From positions 192,001-256,000 of the forward strand of contig OZ244065.1 in the NCBI GenBank assembly GCA_965215505.1: 64,000 nt of DNA. The letters run 5' to 3'. The DNA is from Capsulimonadaceae bacterium (GTDB lineage: Bacteria; Armatimonadota; Armatimonadia; Armatimonadales; Capsulimonadaceae). Below, piece after piece: positions 17,013-26,031 of the stretch. The position numbers were made by a program, and so were the translations under genes. The notes under the pieces were generated by a model. That model had not been told where the DNA came from, searched no databases, and saw nothing but the letters and a program-made list of their open reading frames with translations. Numbering within the stretch: the stretch's first letter is position 1; each line of letters begins with the position of its first letter.

Positions 17013-18572
17013 ATGCATACCGCCGCTCCCGCCGCCGTGAAAGCGCCTGAAAGCCGCTGGCCGTCCGCCCTGGCCCGTACCGGGGGTAGCCTGTCGGCCA
17101 TGCTGGGTCTGGTCGTACTCGTCGGCTGGTACACGCACAACCTCATTCTGCTGCGCCTGTCCCCCGCCTTCGTGGCGATGGCCTACAACACGGCCTTGTG
17201 CTTCCTGCTCTGCGGTCTGGGGCTTGCGGCCGTGACATGGGCGGGCCGGCAGGCGATGCGGCACCTCGCCTTGGTCTGCGGCGTCGGCGTGACCCTGGTC
17301 GGGCTGCTGACCTTGAGCGAGTATCTGTTCGGCGTCAGCCTCGGCCTCGACGAGCTGATGATGAAATCTTACATCCGGTCCGGCGTCACTGCGCCGGGCC
17401 GGATGGCGTTTTGCAGTGCCCTCTGCTTCTCCCTCGCGGGGACCTCCCTGTTGCTGCTCTGCTCGCGCCGCCTGCCGGCCCGCACGCCTTTGACGGCCGT
17501 GTCCGGCTTCGTGGTGGTCAGCCTCGGGGTGATCGCGCTCTCCGGCTACTTCACCGGGATCGTCCAGGGCTACGCCTGGGGCCAGTTCACGCGGATGGCC
17601 GTCCACACGGCCACCGGGTTCGTCGTCCTGGGCGGCGGGCTGGTCGCCGCCGCCTGGGCCGAGGAGCGGAGGGCGGAAGGGAACCCGGTGCGCTGGCTGC
17701 CGTTGTTCGTCGGGCTGGGCGCGGCCACGGTCGCCCTCTGCCTGTGGCAGGCGCTCGTCGTCGAGGAGAGCGCGCAGCTCGACCTCATCCGGCACCTGGC
17801 GGCGCAGAACACGCGGCTGCGCGTCGGCTCCCTCAGCCGCGCGCAGTCCCTGCTCCCGCTCGGCGCGCTGGTCGGCGGCCTGCTGCTGGCCGCGCTGCTG
17901 GCCTGGGCGGTCGCGCTGGCGCAGACCGCGCGGCGGCAGGCCGGGGAGCTGGGGGAGGCGCGCGACGGCCTGGAGCGGCGCGTGGAGGAGCGGACGGCGG
18001 CCCTGGCCGAGGCGAACGAGGCGCTGGCCGCCCTGGCGGGCTGGCAGCGCGGCTTCCTCCGGGACGTCCTTGCCAGCGTCACGGAAGGCAAGCTCCGCTT
18101 GTGTGACACCGCCGCCGAACTGCCCCCCATGCTGGGGGCGGACCGGGGGGAAACGATCACCCTGAACGGGAAAGGTGGTCTGCGGGATCTCCGCTGCCGG
18201 GCCATCGGCGCGGCGGAACGGGGCGGCCTGGCCGACGAACGGCTCCACGACCTGGTCACGGCAGTCAACGAGGCCGGGATGAACGCCATCGTCCACGCGG
18301 GGGAGGGCACGGCGCTCGTGTGCCTGGGACCGCAGGGCACCGTGCAGGTGTGGGTGGAAGACGCGGGCCAGGGCATCACCCTGGAGAACCTGCCGCGGGC
18401 GACCCTCGCGCGTGGCTTCACGACGGCGGGGACATTGGGGCACGGCCTGAAGATGATGCTTCAAACTGCCGACCGGCTGTGGCTGCTGACCGGACCGACC
18501 GGGACGACGGTCGTGCTGGAACAGGACCGGCATCCGCCGGGTCCCGCCTGGATGCAGGACGGGGTGGTCTAG
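17013..18572 (+). CDS. Multi-TM membrane protein with C-terminal RsbW-like HATPase domain
   Basis: About 7 TM segments with repeated MA.xTA motifs, LERRVEERT coil, EAGMNAIVHA, DAGQGI, GHGL; no H-box seen. Confidence 0.8.
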   Translation: MHTAAPAAVKAPESRWPSALARTGGSLSAMLGLVVLVGWYTHNLILLRLSPAFVAMAYNTALCFLLCGLGLAAVTWAGRQAMRHLALVCGVGVTLVGLLTLSEYLFGVSLGLDELMMKSYIRSGVTAPGRMAFCSALCFSLAGTSLLLLCSRRLPARTPLTAVSGFVVVSLGVIALSGYFTGIVQGYAWGQFTRMAVHTATGFVVLGGGLVAAAWAEERRAEGNPVRWLPLFVGLGAATVALCLWQALVVEESAQLDLIRHLAAQNTRLRVGSLSRAQSLLPLGALVGGLLLAALLAWAVALAQTARRQAGELGEARDGLERRVEERTAALAEANEALAALAGWQRGFLRDVLASVTEGKLRLCDTAAELPPMLGADRGETITLNGKGGLRDLRCRAIGAAERGGLADERLHDLVTAVNEAGMNAIVHAGEGTALVCLGPQGTVQVWVEDAGQGITLENLPRATLARGFTTAGTLGHGLKMMLQTADRLWLLTGPTGTTVVLEQDRHPPGPAWMQDGVV

Positions 18573-18593
18573 AGCAGAAGGGGCTTGGCGCGA

Positions 18594-18628
18594 GAAGGCC
18601 GCAGGGGATCACGTCCCCTGCGGCCTTC
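18594..18628. terminator. Strong hairpin between convergent genes
   Basis: GAAGGCCGCAGGGGA-TCACG-TCCCCTGCGGCCTTC, a perfect 15-bp stem. Confidence 0.7.
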
Positions 18629-18647
18629 GATCATTTGACCGCTGAGG

Positions 18648-18755
18648 TCAGAACAGCCCCGTGACCAGCTTAACGATCACGACGGCGATCACTTCCACGA
18701 TGATGGCCGCCAGAAACTGCCAATTAAACACACGCTTGCGGAATAGTGCAGCCAT
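18648..18755 (-). CDS. Small 35-aa single-TM peptide (unannotated)
   Basis: GGAGGA RBS, then MAALFRKRVFNWQFLAAIIVEVIAVVIVKLVTGLF*; TATGAT upstream at 18800-18805; hairpin downstream. Confidence 0.65.
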   Translation of the reverse strand: MAALFRKRVFNWQFLAAIIVEVIAVVIVKLVTGLF

Positions 18756-18828
18756 GAACACGCTCCTCCGAAATCCTGAATGACTTTGTTGACACTCTTA
18801 TCATACCGAACTCGGGTGCCCCAGCCCA

Positions 18829-18888
18829 TTAAGAGGAGATTAAGTTTTGGTTAAGAGCCGGTTAAGTTTATGTTAAGAAAATGTTAAG
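18829..18888. promoter_or_regulatory. Six TTAAG direct repeats at 11-bp period (OmpR/PhoB-type operator array)
   Basis: TTAAG starts at 18829, 18840, 18851, 18862, 18873 and 18884. Confidence 0.75.
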
Positions 18889-18992
18889 AGATTTTGGCCG
18901 GACGCGCGTTTTTTGTACGTTTTGGGGTACAAAGAAACATATTTTCCGGGGATGGTACAAGGCCACTCACCGGCGGGAGGTAACACTTTATC

Positions 18993-19373
18993 ATGGCTCT
19001 GGAAGACTTCATGGAACCCGAGGTCGGAGTGGCGGTCGCGCTCACGGCGGCGGTGGCATCCCCCCAGGTCCGCAGCGTCCTGCGGCGCGGCGCGGTCTAC
19101 GGGCTGGCCGGGATACTCATGGCCGGGGACGCCGTTTCCTCTCTCGCCCAGGGCGTCAAGCGCGGCGCGCAGAAGGCGGCGGAGGCGACCGAAGCGCCTG
19201 TCGCGGCCGTGACCGAGACGGCCGCGCCCGAGATTCTGAGCGCGGAGGTCCTGACGGCCACGCCCGCCGAGCCGACGTCTGAGGCCGCCTCACCCGTCAC
19301 TGAGGCGACGGAAGCGGCACCGGCCGCGCCCAAGCGGACGCGGAAGACGGCGGAGGCGGCGGACAATGAGTGA
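18993..19373 (+). CDS. Hypothetical protein (DUF5132-like, ATPase-associated)
   Basis: GGAGGT RBS; hydrophobic N-terminus and Ala/Glu/Thr-rich tail; family assignment from memory. Confidence 0.65.
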   Translation: MALEDFMEPEVGVAVALTAAVASPQVRSVLRRGAVYGLAGILMAGDAVSSLAQGVKRGAQKAAEATEAPVAAVTETAAPEILSAEVLTATPAEPTSEAASPVTEATEAAPAAPKRTRKTAEAADNE

Positions 19374-19731
19374 GACGACCAACGGCACCGCAAGCGGTGG
19401 CGGCTCGCCATCCCTGTTCGGCCGGGCCGAAACACTGCTGGGCGGCCTGGGGGCGCGGCTGAAAGACGTCCGCGCGAACATGACCGAAGCGCCGGTCACG
19501 GCGGTCGAAGCCCCCTTCTGTGATGCCGCTGAGGCGGTGACGCGGGCCGAGGCGAAGATGCGCCCCGCCACGGAGCGGGCCGAAGAGACGCTGGACCAGG
19601 CGGGCGAGCGGCTTGGCCTCTTCGCCGCCACGGTCGGGCAGCGGCTCCGCAAGGCCGTCGCCCTGGCGCGCGAGGAGGCCGAAGACATTTTGGCCGAGGC
19701 GCAGAGCCTCCGCCGCAAAGACGCCGCTTAA
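19366..19731 (+). CDS. Hypothetical helical protein
   Basis: Overlaps the previous gene; ends AREEAEDILAEAQ. Confidence 0.65.
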   Translation: MSETTNGTASGGGSPSLFGRAETLLGGLGARLKDVRANMTEAPVTAVEAPFCDAAEAVTRAEAKMRPATERAEETLDQAGERLGLFAATVGQRLRKAVALAREEAEDILAEAQSLRRKDAA

Positions 19732-19760
19732 GGTGCCCGCCCTCTGAAACCGTTAGGCCG

Positions 19761-19798
19761 GAAACGGGCCGCTTCGTGCAGCCCGTTTCTTTTGTTTT
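19761..19798 (+). terminator. Intrinsic terminator upstream of the P-type ATPase
   Basis: GAAACGGGC...GCCCGTTTC followed by TTTTGTTTT. Confidence 0.7.
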
Positions 19799-19839
19799 GC
19801 TTCTCGCTTGTTTTGCTCCTTGCCAGGAACTTTCTCCCC

Positions 19840-22800
19840 ATGAGCGTCGCCCTTGCCCCACCCCCGAGCCTTGTCCACAGCGTACCGGGCCGCGTCCGCG
19901 TACACCTGCCCGATCTGTCGGCGGAGAACCGGCGCGAATTGGAAAACACGCTGCGGCACCAGCCCGGCATCCAGAGTGTGCAGGCGAACCCCGACACGGG
20001 CAACGTGCTGATCCGCTTTGCGCCCGGCTCGACCGATCCCCGCGCGGTCCTGGACATGGTGAGCGCCGCCGCCCGGCGGCCCGCCCCGGCCTCGCGGAAC
20101 GGTCATCGGAATGGCTACCGGAACGGGCAGGGGCCGGTGCCCGCGCCTGCGATCAAGCCTGCGCCGACCGCGCCGCCCGCCGTGGAGGAGCGCGAGGGGC
20201 AGACGCGGCGGGCACGGATCGCCGTGCGCGGTCTGGACCGGGACCCGGAAACGGCGCGGCGCGTCGTGGAGCATCTGGAGCGGCTGCCAGGCGTTCGGGC
20301 GCGGGCGAACGTCCTCACGGGGCGCGTCCTGGTGGAATGGACCTCGCACCAACTGGACATCGAAGACCTCATCTCCGAGGTCGCGAACGTCGAGCTGCCC
20401 GACCTGCCGGGCGAGGACCGGCCTACGCACCCGCTGGACCCCGCCCCCCTTCAGCAGAGCGCCACGCGGCTGGCCGCCTCCGCCCTGGGCCTGAGCCTGC
20501 TGGCCATGCAGCGGTTCACGGGGCAGGCACCGCTTGCGGGCGGCCCGGCCCTGTCCTATGCCGGGGGAGCGATCCATGTCGTGCAGGCTTTCCCGCCGCT
20601 CCGCGACGGGCTGAAGTCATTGGTAGGCCGCGATGCCGCCATTCTCCTGCTCGGCCTGCCCGACATCCTCATCTCCGCCCTCACCGGCAGCCCCTTCTCG
20701 CTCGCCCTGGCTGCCGCCACCTCGCTGCGCCTGCTGACCGAAGTGGTCGCGCGGCGGGCGTCCTGGCGGCGCTATGAGGAGCGGCTGACGGACTCGGCTT
20801 CGGCCCAGCCGGGCGCGACGATCCGCCTGGAGTCCGGCGAGCGGACGCCGCTGGCGGCCCAGGTCGTGGAAGGGCAGGGGACGGCTTCGGGTCAGAACGG
20901 CCTGCCGCTCGCCGTCACGCCCGGCGCGACCGTCCCCGCCGGGGCGCGGCTGACCGGCGGGCCGTTCGTGCTGGAACTGGCTCCGGGCCGATCCTGGACG
21001 CCCGCGCCGCGCCCCGTCCCCGCCGCGCCCACGGTGTACGACCGCTACCAGCAGGCGACCGGGATCGTCTCCCTCGTCTTCGCGGCGGGCCTGGGGATCG
21101 TCACGCGCTCGCCGTCCCAGGCCTTCGCCGCCCTGCTGCTTGTCAACCCGCGCCCCGCCCTGATCGGGCGGGAGGGGGCCAACCTGAGCGCGGCGGCCCG
21201 CGCCCTGCGGGCGGGCGTCCTGGTCGTCGGGACGCGGCCCGACCGCTCGGTACGCCGCCCCGACTTCCTGATTCTGGACGGCCCACGCCTGCTGACGAAC
21301 GGCTTGGAGCTGACCGCCCTGCTGCCGCTGACCGAGGCACTCGAACCCGCCGAGCTTCAGGGGCTTGCGTCGGGCGTGGACGCCGCCGCCGGCTCGCCCT
21401 GGGGGGCGACCTTCCCGCCCGCAGGCCGGGCGGAAGCCTCGGACGGGCGATTTGACGGCCACACGGCCTCGGCCACGGTCGAGGGCGGGCGGTGGACTTT
21501 GGGGCCGGCGGATTCGCCCGAGCCGGGTTCCGCGCTGGCCCGCCTGACCGAGCGCGGCGACTTCCTGCTCGCGCTGGGGCACGACGGGCAAGAAAACCCG
21601 CTGGCGGTGCTTGCCCTGCGTCCCCGGCTCGTCCCCGGCGTCGCCGGGCTGGTCCAGACCTGCCGCCGGTACGGCGTCCAGATCATCCTGCGCGCCGACG
21701 AGGACTCGCCGACCGCCCAGGCGGTGGCCCGGCGGGTCGGGATGACCCTGACCGTGGCGGGCGACATGGCGGCGATCCGGCAGCGGCAGGCGTCGGGCGC
21801 GCGCGTCGCCTTCGTCTCGGACAGCGCGGACGCGGCGGAAGCGTTCGCCGCCTGCGACTTGGGCGTCGGCCTGTCGTCGGGACGGAGCGGCCGGTTCCCG
21901 GCCCGCGCGGACCTGCTGGCACCGGACCTGACCGGCATCACCGCCGTCATCGAGGCGGGCGCGCGGCGCGAGGCCGCCGTGCTGGACTCGGTCGGCCTCT
22001 CGCTCGTCTCCAACGTCGTCGGCGCGGTGCTTGGCGTGCGCGGCGGCATCGGCATCGAGACTGCTTCGCGCGTCGTCTACGTGGCGGCTTTGGCCGCGAT
22101 GGCGGACGGCTGGGCGCGGCTGCGCGGCGGGGAGCGCCCGCAGTCGGTCACGGCGCGGCTCGTAGACCCGAAGCCGGAACGGTGGGGACGGCGCAGCGCG
22201 GAAGACGCCCTGGCCGCACTCGGCGCGACCCCCGAGGGGCTGACCACGGCACAAGCCCTGGAACGCCGCCGGTCGGCCCCGAAGATTTCGCGGCGCAACG
22301 TGTTCCTGGATGCGGTCTGGGACCAGATGCGCTCGCCGCTCATCGGAATCCTGGCGGCCGGGGCGGGCCTGTCCCTCTTCCTCGGCTCGCCGCTCGACTT
22401 CGCTCTGATCGGCGCGACCATCCTGGCGAACGTCGCCGTCGGCGCGTGGCAGGAGCGGCAGGCGGGGCAGGCCGCGTTGGCGCTGGAGCAGATGGGCCGC
22501 GCGACCGCGACGGTGGTGCGCGACGGCGCGGTGACGGAGATCCCCGCCGGCGAGGTCGTGCCGGGCGACATCCTGCTGCTGGCTTCGGGGGACCGCGTGG
22601 CTGCCGACGCCCGGATGCTGGAATCGAGTGCCTTGGAGGTGGACGAGGCGGCTCTGACCGGCGAGTCCCTGCCCGTGTTCAAAGCGCCGGAGGGCGGCAC
22701 GGACACGAGCCGGATCGTTTTGGAAGGCAGCGACGTCACGACGGGCAAGGGCCGCGCCCTGGTCGTCGCGGTCGGCAAAGACACGCGGCTGGGGGCGACG

Positions 22801-24783
22801 GCGGCGGCGCTGGCTCTGGACGACGCGGAGCAAAGCCCGCTGGGCTTGCGCCTGGGCCGCCTGATGAAGCAGTTCCTGCCCCTGGCGGGCATCGGCGGCG
22901 GCCTGGTCGTCGGCGCGGGCCTGCTGCGCGGCCAGCCCCTCCTGCCGCAAGTCGCGGTCGGCGCGACTATCGCCCTCGCCTCCGTCCCGGAAGGTCTGCC
23001 GCTGCTTGCGGGCATGGGCGAGGCCGCCGTCGCGCGCCGCCTGGCGGGCCGCAAGGCCCTGGTGCGCCGCCTGTCCGCCGTGGAGGCCTTGGGCCGCGTG
23101 GATGTGGCCTGCACCGACAAGACGGGGACGCTGACCGAGGGCAAGCTGGCCCTCGGCCTGGTCGCCTCGCCTGACGCCGAGGCCGCACTGCCGGGTAACC
23201 TGCCCGGCGGTCTGCGCCCCGTCCTGCTGGCGGCGGCCTGGGCCAGCCCGTCCCCGGACGCGCCGGATTTCGACTCGCACCCCACCGATGTCGCCGTCGT
23301 GCGCGGCGCACTGGACGCGGGGCTTGCCGAGGAGGTCCGGCAGGAGCGCCGGGCGGAAGCGCCGTTCGACCCGGCCCGCGCCTTCCACGCGACTCTGACG
23401 GCGGGGGCTTTGGCCGTCAAGGGCGCCCCCGAGGCCGTCACGCCGCGCTGCTCCCATGTCCGCAGGGGCGGGGAAGACGTGTCGCTGGACGAGGCGGGGC
23501 GCGAGGCCCTGCTGCAACAGGCGCACGACCTGGCCGGGCGCGGCCTCCGCATCCTGATGGTGGCCCAGGGCGGGCCGGAAGTCGGCGTTTCCGACCCGCA
23601 GGGGTTGACGGCACTCGGCTTCGTCGGCATCCGCGACCCGCTCCGGCTCACCGTCCACGCCGCCGTGCGGCGTTGCCACGAGGCGGGCATCCACGTCCTC
23701 ATGCTGACCGGCGACCACCCGGCCACGGCGCGGGCCATCGCGCGGGAGGCGGGCCTGCTGGACGACGGGCGCGAGGTGCTGACCAGCGCGGACATCGCGC
23801 ACCTCCAGAACAGCGAGCTGCACACGCGGCTGGACCGCGCCGCCGTCATCGCGCGGGCGACGCCGCTGGACAAGTTAAGGATCATCGAGAGCTTCCAGCA
23901 GCACGGCCACACGGTCGCCATGACCGGCGATGGCGTCAACGACGCCCCCGCCCTCCGCCTGGCGGACGTGGGTGTGGCGATGGGAAAAGGGGGAACCGAG
24001 GTCGCGCGTCAGGCCGCCGCCGTCGTCCTGGCCGACGACGATTTCGCGACACTCGTGGAGGCTCTGGTCGAGGGGCGCGGCTTCTGGCGCAACATGCGCC
24101 GCGCCCTGGGCCTGCTGCTCGGCGGCAACCTGGGCGAGCTGGGCCTGGTCGTCGGCGCGAGCCTCTTGGGCCTGGCCTCGCCGCTGACCACGCGGCAGAT
24201 ATTGGCCGTCAACCTCATCACGGACGCCCTGCCCGCCCTCTCGGTCGCCTTGCAGCGCCCCGAGAACCGGCACCTGGCTTCGCTCGCCCGCGAGGGCACG
24301 TCCGCCCTGGACGCGCCACTGCGGAACGATGTCCTGCGGCGCGGCGCGGCCACCACCGTGCCCGCCCTGGCCGCCTTCGCCCTGACACTTGCCGTCTCGG
24401 GGCTGCCGCAGGCGCGCACCGTCGCCTTCGCCAGCATCGTGGCGACGCAGCTCGCGCAGACGCTCAAAGCCGGCTGGATCGAGGGCGGCCTGACCCCCTC
24501 CGTCTTCGGCGCGGTCGGCGCGTCGGCGGCCTTCCTCGTCGCCGCCATCACCGTCCCCGCCCTGCGGACCGTCCTGACCCTGACCGTCCCGACGCCGCTC
24601 TCGGTGGCCCTGATCGGGGCGGGGTCCGTCGTCGCCATGATCGCCGGCGGCACGTCCTCCGCCCCCACGCCCGGCACGAATGGTACGACGCCGAGCCGCC
24701 AGCGGATACTGCCGTCCCCGCTGCCCCGCCCGCGCGCCCTGCTGCCTGCGCCGCCGAAGCTGCTGGCGGCAGCGGCGGTTTAG
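19840..24783 (+). CDS. Giant cation-transporting P-type ATPase (CtpH/CtpI-like architecture)
   Basis: C-terminal half has TGES, PEGL, DKTGTLT, KGAPE, TGD and GDGVNDAPAL; N-terminus has HMA2-like HSVPGRVRV and a degenerate second ATPase module. Confidence 0.92.
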   Translation: MSVALAPPPSLVHSVPGRVRVHLPDLSAENRRELENTLRHQPGIQSVQANPDTGNVLIRFAPGSTDPRAVLDMVSAAARRPAPASRNGHRNGYRNGQGPVPAPAIKPAPTAPPAVEEREGQTRRARIAVRGLDRDPETARRVVEHLERLPGVRARANVLTGRVLVEWTSHQLDIEDLISEVANVELPDLPGEDRPTHPLDPAPLQQSATRLAASALGLSLLAMQRFTGQAPLAGGPALSYAGGAIHVVQAFPPLRDGLKSLVGRDAAILLLGLPDILISALTGSPFSLALAAATSLRLLTEVVARRASWRRYEERLTDSASAQPGATIRLESGERTPLAAQVVEGQGTASGQNGLPLAVTPGATVPAGARLTGGPFVLELAPGRSWTPAPRPVPAAPTVYDRYQQATGIVSLVFAAGLGIVTRSPSQAFAALLLVNPRPALIGREGANLSAAARALRAGVLVVGTRPDRSVRRPDFLILDGPRLLTNGLELTALLPLTEALEPAELQGLASGVDAAAGSPWGATFPPAGRAEASDGRFDGHTASATVEGGRWTLGPADSPEPGSALARLTERGDFLLALGHDGQENPLAVLALRPRLVPGVAGLVQTCRRYGVQIILRADEDSPTAQAVARRVGMTLTVAGDMAAIRQRQASGARVAFVSDSADAAEAFAACDLGVGLSSGRSGRFPARADLLAPDLTGITAVIEAGARREAAVLDSVGLSLVSNVVGAVLGVRGGIGIETASRVVYVAALAAMADGWARLRGGERPQSVTARLVDPKPERWGRRSAEDALAALGATPEGLTTAQALERRRSAPKISRRNVFLDAVWDQMRSPLIGILAAGAGLSLFLGSPLDFALIGATILANVAVGAWQERQAGQAALALEQMGRATATVVRDGAVTEIPAGEVVPGDILLLASGDRVAADARMLESSALEVDEAALTGESLPVFKAPEGGTDTSRIVLEGSDVTTGKGRALVVAVGKDTRLGATAAALALDDAEQSPLGLRLGRLMKQFLPLAGIGGGLVVGAGLLRGQPLLPQVAVGATIALASVPEGLPLLAGMGEAAVARRLAGRKALVRRLSAVEALGRVDVACTDKTGTLTEGKLALGLVASPDAEAALPGNLPGGLRPVLLAAAWASPSPDAPDFDSHPTDVAVVRGALDAGLAEEVRQERRAEAPFDPARAFHATLTAGALAVKGAPEAVTPRCSHVRRGGEDVSLDEAGREALLQQAHDLAGRGLRILMVAQGGPEVGVSDPQGLTALGFVGIRDPLRLTVHAAVRRCHEAGIHVLMLTGDHPATARAIAREAGLLDDGREVLTSADIAHLQNSELHTRLDRAAVIARATPLDKLRIIESFQQHGHTVAMTGDGVNDAPALRLADVGVAMGKGGTEVARQAAAVVLADDDFATLVEALVEGRGFWRNMRRALGLLLGGNLGELGLVVGASLLGLASPLTTRQILAVNLITDALPALSVALQRPENRHLASLAREGTSALDAPLRNDVLRRGAATTVPALAAFALTLAVSGLPQARTVAFASIVATQLAQTLKAGWIEGGLTPSVFGAVGASAAFLVAAITVPALRTVLTLTVPTPLSVALIGAGSVVAMIAGGTSSAPTPGTNGTTPSRQRILPSPLPRPRALLPAPPKLLAAAAV

Positions 24784-24797
24784 GAGAAGATATAGAA

Positions 24798-24822
24798 GGA
24801 GGGGCGGGGTCTCCCCGCCCTT
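24798..24822. repeat. REP-like hairpin between convergent genes
   Basis: GGAGGGGCGGGGTCTCCCCGCCCTT, a near copy of the reverse complement of 29931-29955. Confidence 0.55.
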
Positions 24823-24834
24823 CTCTCCGCCCAC

Positions 24835-26031
24835 CTACTTTCCCGCCCGCGCCGTCACGATCTCCTCCTTGGCGGCCCACTGCGCGATGTCCTGGCGGTT
24901 GATGGCGGCGGCCATGAGGGGCGGGAACTGGTCCGGGGTGCAGGCGAAGACGGGGATGCCCATGCCGGCCAGGGTCTGGGCGTTGCCGTGCTCGTAGCTC
25001 GGGGCACCGTCGTCGCTCAGGGCCAGCAGGACGATGACCTGGACGCCCGAGGCGGCAAACGCGCCGAGGCGCTTGATCATGTCCGCGCTGCCTCCTCCTT
25101 CATACAGGTCGGTGATCAGGACCAGGATCGTGTCCTGGGGCCGGCGGACCACCCCCTGGCAGTAGGCGAGGGCGCGCGGGGTGTCGTTGCCGCCGCCGAG
25201 CTGTGTCCCGAACAGCAGGTCCACGGGGTCGTGCAGCTCTTCGGTCAGGTCCACCACGGCCGTGTCATAGACCACCAGGCGCGTCTGGAGCGCGGGCAGC
25301 GAGGCCAGGACGGCCCCGAAGATGCCGGCGTAGACGATGGAGGTCGCCATGGAGCCGCTCTGGTCCACGCACAGGACGACGTCGCGCAGGGCACCTCGTT
25401 TGCGCCCATAGCCGATGCGCGTCTCGGGAATGATCGTCTTGTAGTCGGCCTGGTAGTGCTTGAGGTTGGCGCGGATCGTCCGGTTCCAGTCAATCTCATT
25501 GTGCCGGGGGCGGCGGCTGCGCGCCGCGCGGTTGAGGCTGCCCGTGACCGCCTGCCGCAGCGGGCTGGCGAGCCGCTTCTGCAAGTCATCCACCACGCGC
25601 TGCACCACCTGGCGGGCGGTGTCCCTGGTCTTGGCCGGGATGACCCCTTTGAGGGCGAGCAGGGTCGCCACGAGATGCACGTCCGGCTCCATGTTCGCCA
25701 GCATCTCGGGTTCAAGCAGCATCTGCTTCAGATTCAGCCGCTCCAGGGCGTCCTGCTGCATGACGCGGACGACCGAGGAGGGGAAGTAGGTGCGGATGTC
25801 GCCCAGCCAGCGCGAGACCGAGGGCTGTGACGCCCCCATGCCGACGTTGCGGTTGTCCTTCTCCCCACTCCCGCCGCGCGAAAACCCGCCCCCGCCATAG
25901 AGTGCGGCCAGGGCGCGGTCCATGGCGAGGTCGTCGCCCGCCAGCCCCGTCCCCGTGCCCTCGCCGTCCCCGCCGCCCAGGAGCAGCCGCCAGCGCCGCA
26001 GGCGCTCCATGTCTTGTGTCTCGGTCGTCAT
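24835..26031 (-). CDS. VWA domain protein (YehP/CoxE-like)
   Basis: RLRRWRLLLG, WLGDIRTYFP, MIDAS motif DQSGSM, ITDLYEGG. Confidence 0.88.
   Translation of the reverse strand: MTTETQDMERLRRWRLLLGGGDGEGTGTGLAGDDLAMDRALAALYGGGGFSRGGSGEKDNRNVGMGASQPSVSRWLGDIRTYFPSSVVRVMQQDALERLNLKQMLLEPEMLANMEPDVHLVATLLALKGVIPAKTRDTARQVVQRVVDDLQKRLASPLRQAVTGSLNRAARSRRPRHNEIDWNRTIRANLKHYQADYKTIIPETRIGYGRKRGALRDVVLCVDQSGSMATSIVYAGIFGAVLASLPALQTRLVVYDTAVVDLTEELHDPVDLLFGTQLGGGNDTPRALAYCQGVVRRPQDTILVLITDLYEGGGSADMIKRLGAFAASGVQVIVLLALSDDGAPSYEHGNAQTLAGMGIPVFACTPDQFPPLMAAAINRQDIAQWAAKEEIVTARAGK

Noticed and set aside
18829-18888. Possible iterons or replication origin
   Set aside because: Only a 5-6 bp core is repeated, with no rep or dnaA gene and no DnaA boxes seen; an operator array fits better.
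20617-23823. 1068-aa minus-strand ORF and other long overlapping ORFs
   Set aside because: Shadows of the P-type ATPase; Arg/Gly/Ala-rich with no motifs.
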